Sequence record: SRR31156797_3011
Direction: 5' to 3' (one strand)
DNA length: 42,614 bases
In this document: in pieces, positions 21,073 through 29,193 of the stretch
Layout: each line of letters starts with the position of its first letter
Numbering within the stretch: the stretch's first letter is position 1
Program-made: the position numbers and the translations under genes
The notes under the pieces: generated by a model
Seen by the model: the letters and a program-made list of their open reading frames with translations, nothing else
Databases searched by the model: none
What the model was told of the DNA's origin: nothing

Positions 21073-22156
21073 CTGAAGCAGTACCTCTTATTTCATGAAT
21101 GTATATTGAGTTCCCCATTTGCTTAAGTCGATTTATTTGTTCTTCAAGTCGACTTGACATATATGTTGACAGTATTATTATGTCTAAGTCTTTTATCTTT
21201 TTTTTAATTAAAGTATCTATATAAGTAAAGAATGTGAGCTTTCTAGAAATAACTATTCTGCTCATTACTTCCAGCATATTATTGATGCCGCCTGCACCTC
21301 CGTCCTGTGATATGTACACAGGCTTTTTCTCTTCATCATCACATAGATATCCGTTCGTTCCAAAGCCTGCCATAAGACCATTTTTCATAGCCCATATCAG
21401 CATAGTGGCTGCAAGGGATATTCCATATTCGATAGGGCCTGTTTCATTTTCCAAAATAACATCCCATTGATTTTCCGATATTTCAGTGTTAAGCAGGACA
21501 AGTAAACTGGGCGATGCAGAAAAATCTTTACTTTTTATTTTCAGCTCTCCTGTTTTGGCTGTTGCTCCCCAGTGTACATCCTTGAGATTGTCTCCCTTTG
21601 AATATGAACGTATACCGTTAATCAAAAATGGATCAGGAGCTATCCATCTCTTTACAAGTATATCGCCCAGTAATTGTTTTGATAGTTTTGGGATATCGTC
21701 AAATGATAGTAATTTCGGATAAATTGATATTTGTGCATTTAACTCAAAGTCTTGTAAAATCGCTGATGTTCCCAAGAAATTCCCGGTGGTAATGGCTGCA
21801 GAGCTTAAATTACATCTTCCTCTACGTACACATAAGGCATAATGAGTTCTTGTTATTTTTTTATATGAGCCCATAAAAAAAACGCTGTTATGATACATTT
21901 CTGAATTTATTGTGAGATTTTCCTGTGCGCTAAATGACAGTATACGAGATATTCTGGATTCGACTTTCAGCCATGATACAGGCATTAATTTATTGTTGGA
22001 GATTTCCTCAATCATGGTTATTTTATCACCAACGAAAGCAGACCTTGAACTGAAATGTCTGCTGTATGTGATGTTTTTAAAGCACAAATAATTAAATAGA
22101 GTATTATGTATTACTAAAATTATAAACAGAGTAAACGCTACTCGAATTATTGTCAT
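21065..22156 (-). CDS. DUF58 domain protein (MoxR-associated)
   Basis: N-terminal TM; RRG motif; GIRSYSKGDNLKDVHWGATAKTGELKIK. Confidence 0.88.
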   Translation of the reverse strand: MTIIRVAFTLFIILVIHNTLFNYLCFKNITYSRHFSSRSAFVGDKITMIEEISNNKLMPVSWLKVESRISRILSFSAQENLTINSEMYHNSVFFMGSYKKITRTHYALCVRRGRCNLSSAAITTGNFLGTSAILQDFELNAQISIYPKLLSFDDIPKLSKQLLGDILVKRWIAPDPFLINGIRSYSKGDNLKDVHWGATAKTGELKIKSKDFSASPSLLVLLNTEISENQWDVILENETGPIEYGISLAATMLIWAMKNGLMAGFGTNGYLCDDEEKKPVYISQDGGAGGINNMLEVMSRIVISRKLTFFTYIDTLIKKKIKDLDIIILSTYMSSRLEEQINRLKQMGNSIYIHEIRGTASDE

Positions 22157-23112
22157 TTCTCGTCCTTGCTCTCTGTTGGAACCTGTACATTCTCAAGTGA
22201 CTGTAACACTGCTTTTTGACCGTTTTCACTAGTAGTACCGTACCCTGCGGAGCATATTATTCTGTGAGATAATACGGGAACAGCGACTTCCTTGACATCG
22301 TCAGGGATTACAAAATCTCGTCCCTTTATAGCAGCGATCGCCTGACACATTACAAGCAGTGCCAAAAGCCCCCTAGGCGATACACCCAGCATGACACCAT
22401 CAATATTTCTTGTCATATCTACTATATCAACCATATATTCACGAACAACATCGGATACTTCTACAGTTTTTATAGCTTCCTGAGCATTCACTATGTCCTG
22501 CTTTGAAGCTACACTTTTTAATTCATCCAAAGGATCGTCATTAATAAATCTATCAATTATTTTCTTTGCATTAACTTTATCGGGATAACCCATTTTGGTT
22601 TTAATTATGAATCTGTCAAGCTGTGCTTCAGGCAGCTGAAATGTTCCGCTTGTGTCAATTGGATTTTGTGTTGCAAGCACAATGAAAGGTTCCTCCAGAT
22701 TATATGTTACATTATCCATAGTTACTTGTTTTTCCTGCATACACTCAAGTAAAGCTGATTGCGTTCTTGGAGTTGCACGATTTATTTCATCTGCCAATAA
22801 TATATTTGTGAATACAGGTCCTTTTATAAACACGAACTCATTATTTGATTGGTTAAAAACACTCGTTCCAGTAATATCAAAAGGCAATAAGTCAGGTGTA
22901 AACTGTATTCTGGAGAATTCGCAGTCTATAGATTTCGCCAGTGCTTTTGACAGTAGTGTCTTTCCAGTGCCGGGTACATCTTCTAGCAGTACGTGACCTC
23001 TGCAGAACAGAGCAGCCAGCATAAGATTTATTGTATTTTCGCTGCCAATTATTACACTCGATATATTCTTTTTTATAATCTGTGCTAATGTACTGATTTC
23101 ATTTATTTTCAT
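22153..23112 (-). CDS. moxR: MoxR-family AAA+ ATPase
   Basis: GHVLLEDVPGTGKT, RIQFTPDLLP, LLADEINRATPRTQSALLECM, ATQNP, LPEAQLDRF, SPRG. Confidence 0.95.
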   Translation of the reverse strand: MKINEISTLAQIIKKNISSVIIGSENTINLMLAALFCRGHVLLEDVPGTGKTLLSKALAKSIDCEFSRIQFTPDLLPFDITGTSVFNQSNNEFVFIKGPVFTNILLADEINRATPRTQSALLECMQEKQVTMDNVTYNLEEPFIVLATQNPIDTSGTFQLPEAQLDRFIIKTKMGYPDKVNAKKIIDRFINDDPLDELKSVASKQDIVNAQEAIKTVEVSDVVREYMVDIVDMTRNIDGVMLGVSPRGLLALLVMCQAIAAIKGRDFVIPDDVKEVAVPVLSHRIICSAGYGTTSENGQKAVLQSLENVQVPTESKDEK

Positions 23113-23500
23113 ATAAGAACCACCTTTATATCTCTAATGGATTGATTTAGTATTCACGTGATAATTTTGTTATTTAATAGTATCTATATATTTGTAAAAG
23201 TGTAGAATGTTTCTATGTAATTATATATTAATAAAAGTCATTATTCAAATTATTGTTGTATAAACTGTAACGAAGTGAATTGTAAATATTATTTTGGAGT
23301 TGTAAAATGAATCACAATCTGATACTCAATATTTTCATATAGGAATTTAATCCATTTAACTTATATGAGTTTAATACGATTAGCACAATGGTGCAAGTAG
23401 AGGGAACTCCTCAAATAGTATAACTATTAAACTATTAGTTTAATGTGAAATTCAGTGACAATGAAGTTATATTTATAGTATTATTTTTACGAGGTAGAAT

Positions 23501-24230
23501 ATGGATATTAGTGATTTAATTTATATAAACTGCAATTATAAAACATCAATAGTAATAACAAGCGGCATATCGTTTCATGAGTTTATTGAAGCAATTGAAA
23601 AGAAACCAAAGAATATATTGATAATAGATGACGCAAGTTATGGGGTGAATCGTGATAAACGTACAAATTGTGATTATTGTCTTGGTGAAGAAGTTATAAC
23701 TTTTTCTTAAAAAAATAATACTATTGAAATAGGCGATTTTAATTGGATTGAATTTAACAATCTTAAGTCTCTTGCTAAACTTACATCTGAAGAAATTGCC
23801 GAGCTGTATTATATTTCTAGGCAATGGGAACCAATAAATAGTTTTTACTTCGAAAAATTAATAATAACTATTTATACCTATCTCACGATGATGACTTTAT
23901 TAGTACAATTTGGTATAAAGATATTGATTATTATCACTCATTACTTGGCAGAGAAATTAGTAATAAGATTAGTTATTTATATGATTTAGTAATAGAACAT
24001 TTTGATTAGAACATAGCAGAACAATTGAGTACTTTATGTGGTGAAGGTATTTATATGAATTTTTCTACACCTTGCACCGATAAAGATAATTGTGTACTAA
24101 TTCCAATTTATCTTATGAAAAAGAGGGGAAATCTTGATCAGATTTGTTCCAAAATCAGAAAAAATAATTAGTACCAAGTCATATTCTTAAGTACAAAAAC
24201 AAATGGGGAATTATTGAAAACAATGAATGA
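23501..24230 (+). pseudogene. disrupted conserved hypothetical Firmicute protein
   Basis: GAGGT RBS + ATG. After an in-frame TAA at 23708-23710 the frame continues GDFNWIEF...LTSEEIAELYY. A frameshift near 23860 gives NNYLYLSHDD, a TAG follows at 24007-24009, and a further shift leads to ...KWGIIENNE*. Confidence 0.7.
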
Positions 24231-24357
24231 GTATCTTTGATTGTTTAATAATATCTGGTAGTTATCATATTCTGTTTTACAATATACTTATAAGAAAATA
24301 TATATTACTTATTTGTGCCTATCGTAATAATTCTATAGTTAATAAAAAATAACATCA

Positions 24358-26586
24358 TCATGCCATATCATCAGATGCTGAATCATTTTTATCTAATGGC
24401 TTAGCTTTAATTTCATAGGCTTTGATTTCTTTTAGTTTATATGGCTTTTCACTTTCTACATGGGACAGGAATTCAATATCATGCATTTTGTACTTGGTTT
24501 TACTATGCTTTGCAAGTTCTATGGTAATGTCATATTTATTAGTAATCAGACCTTCACCGTTTAATTTTACAGTTCTGTTTTTATTAGTTTCATTCTGGTC
24601 GCTGTAATCACATGAAATTGTAGCATCAGATAATTTGCATAATTGATCTACGACTGTATGTTCATTTTTGTATTGACTTTCCGATGCAGTAAAAATAACA
24701 TCAATACCGTAGTTTTTCATGATGTGTACAAGTGCAGATAGAAACAATCTGCCTGATGTTGGACTTTCGACTAAAAATGGGTAGCTTATTTCCATTAGTT
24801 TTAAATCCAATATAGTTATTCTTCCGATTTCATAAGCATGAATAATCTCACTTATTTCATTTATGAAGGTTTCGGGGCTTAAAGCACCGCTTTTGAATAT
24901 AATCTCATATAATTTAGCTTTGGGAGGGATGTGATTAACCTTATCCATGCTATTTTTAATACTCCAGCCAGATAGAACATATTTATGTGGTTTAAAACCG
25001 TTATAGACCTCTAAGGGTTCGAATTGGATAGTTTTTTGCTTTGAATTAGAAAATTCCATTCTGTCTAATAAATTACTGCAAAGGCGTACTCCTCTTGTTT
25101 TGAGGTTATCTTTATCTGCCATTCTGATTATTAGACCATTGCAGTTATCGTTATAAATACCAGATATTAATGATCCTATTGCTATATCGGATTTATATAA
25201 ACCGCTTTTGCCAACGATAGAGATTATTTTAGCTGTAGACTTTTCATTGTCTTTTCCCCATGTGAAGTGACTAGGCAGTACATAGTTCATTTCCTTTATA
25301 CCAAATAAATTACTAGCAGACATATCATCTTTGTTTTTTCCATCATTATTATTAGAGATTATATTCTTTCGCTCAAGTATATTCCCTAAGCCGTCGGTTC
25401 CAAATACTATGTAATGTAAGGAGGGCAAAACTCTTAATTCCTTTTTTAACATTAAGTCAGGAAATGGATTTTCTAACAAAGGCCCTTTTTTTCTATGTGA
25501 TGAGGTACATTCCTCAATTTTGTAAAGGTGTCTTCCAAGAACATGCTTTACATGGCGAGATTTTGTTACCTCAAGGTAGGATACATTATAATCATGTACA
25601 TGGGTTTTTGTAAGGTTTATAATTACATCACATAGAAATTGTGCTGCTGACATATCAACACTCTCATATTTAATATAATCGTTGCTAAATTTCCCCAGTG
25701 TAAACACACCAATGATTTTATTTCTCTTGAATAAGGAAAATAGTCGATGAAGCTGTTCATGCTTCAGGATTTTCTCACCGAAGTTATTTAAACTATCAAT
25801 TACAAAAAGCTTGATTCTACAGGTTTCATTATTTTGTTTGCTGCAGGCTTCATTATACTTCCTTGCTGCTTTTACGATAGTTTCTAGTTCCTCAAATCGC
25901 TTTTGAAACAAATTGTCCCGTTCATCATCATTTATAGTAATACCGCGGGGGCTAAGCTGAGGCATCAATATCTGAGGTGTAATTTCATTATTATACTCTA
26001 GTATTTCACTGATATTATTTACTATATCAGCGCTGTCATTACGTGTGATAGGACACATGAAATTGATTTTTAACTGGTCACTTTTGTCTATGTTATTTCT
26101 TACCATGCTTTTACATAACAGACGATTATCCATATCTAATGAGTAGTAAATGGAAATTCCGTTGTTAAACTCCGAGGTGCAAGCGGCTGCAAATTGAAAA
26201 GCAAGTGTAGATTTGCCAACTCCCGGCTCTCCAATTATTAATATATTGCCAGAACCTTCATCCAGGCTGGTGCTTGGGATTTTGATTCCTCCTGTATATA
26301 CAAAAGAGTTATAATCATTCATATCTTCTATTGAAGCGTCAGATGGAATAGAGTCACCTGAACCATATATAATATGTTCATATTGATTCAGACGAGTTGA
26401 TTTTCTTATCTTACCATGAATCATAATGTTATTAGTCTGATTGTACTCTTTTATACAATTGCCTGGACAATTACTATCTCCAGCACTTTCTGCATTCATA
26501 ATAATATCTAAGTAGTTTCCTAGAATAATACTATTGTTTGTATCGAAGTTTACTATAGTAGTTTTTTCATTATTTATATTTTTCAT
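24358..26586 (-). CDS. tandem KaiC/RecA-superfamily ATPase (first domain intact, second degenerate)
   Basis: Domain 1: ILIIGEPGVGKST (Walker A), LFVIDSL (Walker B), QFLCDVIINL, LEVTKSRHVKHVLGRH, RVLPSL. Domain 2: FGIKEMNYVL, SIVGKSGLYKS, LSDATI. Confidence 0.8.
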   Translation of the reverse strand: MKNINNEKTTIVNFDTNNSIILGNYLDIIMNAESAGDSNCPGNCIKEYNQTNNIMIHGKIRKSTRLNQYEHIIYGSGDSIPSDASIEDMNDYNSFVYTGGIKIPSTSLDEGSGNILIIGEPGVGKSTLAFQFAAACTSEFNNGISIYYSLDMDNRLLCKSMVRNNIDKSDQLKINFMCPITRNDSADIVNNISEILEYNNEITPQILMPQLSPRGITINDDERDNLFQKRFEELETIVKAARKYNEACSKQNNETCRIKLFVIDSLNNFGEKILKHEQLHRLFSLFKRNKIIGVFTLGKFSNDYIKYESVDMSAAQFLCDVIINLTKTHVHDYNVSYLEVTKSRHVKHVLGRHLYKIEECTSSHRKKGPLLENPFPDLMLKKELRVLPSLHYIVFGTDGLGNILERKNIISNNNDGKNKDDMSASNLFGIKEMNYVLPSHFTWGKDNEKSTAKIISIVGKSGLYKSDIAIGSLISGIYNDNCNGLIIRMADKDNLKTRGVRLCSNLLDRMEFSNSKQKTIQFEPLEVYNGFKPHKYVLSGWSIKNSMDKVNHIPPKAKLYEIIFKSGALSPETFINEISEIIHAYEIGRITILDLKLMEISYPFLVESPTSGRLFLSALVHIMKNYGIDVIFTASESQYKNEHTVVDQLCKLSDATISCDYSDQNETNKNRTVKLNGEGLITNKYDITIELAKHSKTKYKMHDIEFLSHVESEKPYKLKEIKAYEIKAKPLDKNDSASDDMA

Positions 26587-26597
26587 TAATTCTACCC

Positions 26598-27929
26598 CTA
26601 GTCTTTTATTAAGTTAAGTATCTTCTCCCATCGCTTATCAATGTACTTATCTATATAAACAGCATCAAATTGAGAGTCAGCAAGATCTTTATAGATAGTT
26701 TTATTATCATTACTCATTGGCTTATATTGAATGCTCCAGACATTTTCATCGCAGTATATATCAAAATCAACTTCTTTTTCTATGAATTTATTTAATAATG
26801 ATAAGCGTCTTACAGCACACTTAACTTTATCAGTATCTTTTATATCTTCATGGATGCAGTTTACGATTGAATTATAATACTGGTAGCCTGCTTCAAAAAT
26901 ACCAATATTCAGCATGAACATAGCACGGAATACGTCGTAGCAATAATCTTCATCTAGTATTGGCTCTATAGCAAGTTTCGTAAAAAGTTGCTTAGTAGAT
27001 TCGTTCTTTTCTACTTTGAACAAGTGGCTATTGCACTCTATATACCATTGAGCTATAGGTATATGCATTATGTGCAGCTCATTTCGTATAAGCTTTATAT
27101 CCTTAGAATTCTTATATAAATCGTTCGCTAAAACATAAGCTCTTGATTTTTCATATACTTCTACTGCAGCATGTTCACTACCATTTGAGCAAGTTTGCAG
27201 GTAGTCTCTTAATATGCCATGTATATCAAGCTCTCCGTCAAAATCACTGGCAGAAAAGCTGTTTTTGTTTATGACAGTACAAGCCATTTTACTATATTTA
27301 TCAAAATATGTACTGGCTATATGATTCCTAAAGTCACCAACAATACCTTTTTTGTCATTAATATAGTCGGGAACAACACGAGTATATGAACTATCAAGCC
27401 TATCTGCTAAAAATAACAAAGCACTTAATAATTTTTCTCTAACAAAACCATATGAGTAAACAGATGCATTGTCTTCACGCATAACTATTATGTTTTTTTG
27501 TGAGTATTGAGATTCGCTGTAATCATGGAATATAGCAATTCTAGCTATAATGGCAGCCATACGCTGAGATTCTATTCCTAGTACTGCCCAACTCTTTCGA
27601 ATCATATTATAGGACTTTGCGGCATGACTAGTCTTTTTATCGCCCGTACTATTGCACTTGCCAATATCGTGGAATAAAATTGAGTTTAATAAAATATATA
27701 GCTCCAAAGCGTTTAACTCAATTTCAGCATGTCCAAATTCTTCGTTGTACAACAGCATATTTACATTCTTTGTTACTCCGAGAATATGAGGGAGCGAATT
27801 ATACGAATCAAGTTTAGGGATTACATTTGGAAGCCATTCTTCTGTAGCTTTTTTTAAGCTTTTTTCATATGTTGCATAAAGCTGTGGATCCAAATTCTTT
27901 AAATCTATTTCCATAGTTCTCATTTTCAT
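26598..27929 (-). CDS. HD-superfamily phosphohydrolase of the HD-CE type, with an uncharacterised C-terminal region
   Basis: PHILGV...ELYILLNSILFHDIGK...SHAAKS...IAIFHD...LLSALLFLADRLD..R follows the HD-CE motif order; GAGGTAGG RBS; 11 bp upstream of the ATPase. Confidence 0.78.
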   Translation of the reverse strand: MKMRTMEIDLKNLDPQLYATYEKSLKKATEEWLPNVIPKLDSYNSLPHILGVTKNVNMLLYNEEFGHAEIELNALELYILLNSILFHDIGKCNSTGDKKTSHAAKSYNMIRKSWAVLGIESQRMAAIIARIAIFHDYSESQYSQKNIIVMREDNASVYSYGFVREKLLSALLFLADRLDSSYTRVVPDYINDKKGIVGDFRNHIASTYFDKYSKMACTVINKNSFSASDFDGELDIHGILRDYLQTCSNGSEHAAVEVYEKSRAYVLANDLYKNSKDIKLIRNELHIMHIPIAQWYIECNSHLFKVEKNESTKQLFTKLAIEPILDEDYCYDVFRAMFMLNIGIFEAGYQYYNSIVNCIHEDIKDTDKVKCAVRRLSLLNKFIEKEVDFDIYCDENVWSIQYKPMSNDNKTIYKDLADSQFDAVYIDKYIDKRWEKILNLIKD

Positions 27930-28265
27930 ACCTACCTCAAATATATACTATGATACTATCATATTTTCGCTAATATGTAACCATATATTACTATAAATAA
28001 TAGAAAAATACAAATGATGTTAGTAAGCACTATAAATGTATTATAAAAGGAAACGGCAGAAGAAAGAAAACACCAATACATAGTACTAAATATTAGGCGA
28101 TTGGGATATAGGATACGGGACAGAGCCGACGGAGAAGAAAAAAGATAATTATTTATTATTAGCACAAGAAAATAGACATTTTTTTATAAATCATTATCAA
28201 GAGTACAAAAATATATGGTAAGATATTATTTATAAAAATAAAACTAATAAAAACAAGGAGTAAAA

Positions 28266-29111
28266 ATGCAGGCACTGTTCCAAAAATATGTGTTTGAAGA
28301 ACACTTCCCGTTCAATGTCCTTATAGCAGATGATATAGAATTCCCACCTCATTGGCATGAAGACTATGAGATAATTTATAATCTTGATGAACCATTTGAA
28401 ATAACCATAGCAGATGAAATCTATAAGGTTGAAAACAGAGACATTGTTATTATCAGCGGTAATGTAGTACATTCCTTTGTCTTTCAGCCAAAACCTCGAA
28501 AGCGAATAATACTTCAGTTCAATGCTGATTTATTAGGGATGTATTCTGATTTTGATAAGCACATAAGAATAGTAAATCCGCTTCTAAAGAAAGAGAATGA
28601 TATAAACAATACTTATAGTCTTTTGGAAAATCAGATATTAGCAATAGAGAAAGAAAACCGAGATAAGAAAAATGGATATAAGCTTGCAATAATGGCGAGA
28701 TTGTATGACTTGGTTTCTATCTTCATACGTAATGTTGAGATACAAAAATGCAGCGATGATGAATTAAAGAATAATACTTCTAGACTTGCCCGTCTGGATA
28801 AAGTATTTACCTATATTGATAAAAACTATAATAAAAAAATCTCATTGGACAAAATAGCAGAGATTGCAGGCTACAGTACATATCATTTCACCAGATTCTT
28901 TAAAGATGCAACATGCATGACTTTTGTTTCTTATCTAAATAACTATAGAATATATAAGGCATCCGTAATGCTGAAAGAGAGCGATGAAATGATTACAGAG
29001 ATTGCATACAGCGTAGGATATGAGAGCATAAAGACTTTTAACAGAGTATTTAAAGAATTGAAGAAAATCTCTCCAACTGAATACAGAAAGCAAAATATGA
29101 GAAGTGAATAG
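28266..29111 (+). CDS. AraC-family regulator with N-terminal cupin ligand-binding domain
   Basis: FPPHWHEDYEIIY cupin motif; YSTYHFTRFFK, VGYESIKTFNRVFK; AAGGAG RBS. Confidence 0.93.
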   Translation: MQALFQKYVFEEHFPFNVLIADDIEFPPHWHEDYEIIYNLDEPFEITIADEIYKVENRDIVIISGNVVHSFVFQPKPRKRIILQFNADLLGMYSDFDKHIRIVNPLLKKENDINNTYSLLENQILAIEKENRDKKNGYKLAIMARLYDLVSIFIRNVEIQKCSDDELKNNTSRLARLDKVFTYIDKNYNKKISLDKIAEIAGYSTYHFTRFFKDATCMTFVSYLNNYRIYKASVMLKESDEMITEIAYSVGYESIKTFNRVFKELKKISPTEYRKQNMRSE

Positions 29112-29138
29112 CAATAGATGTCGTGCACAAAATGTCTG

Positions 29139-29175
29139 AACTGTTATAATTTTAGTAGTAGAAATTATAACAGTT
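29139..29175. promoter_or_regulatory. 14-bp perfect inverted repeat overlapping an extended -10
   Basis: AACTGTTATAATTT-(9 nt)-AAATTATAACAGTT; the left arm contains TGTTATAAT. Confidence 0.55.
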
Positions 29176-29193
29176 TTATTTTTGGAGATAATT

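Noticed and set aside
24358-26586. Circadian clock kaiC
   Set aside because: No kaiA or kaiB, no S/T phosphosite motif, and a degenerate second P-loop.
28195-28204. TTATCAAGAG, the start motif of a SAM-I riboswitch
   Set aside because: None of the downstream SAM-I elements (GAGGGA..GGCCC, GCAACC, GGTGC) follow.
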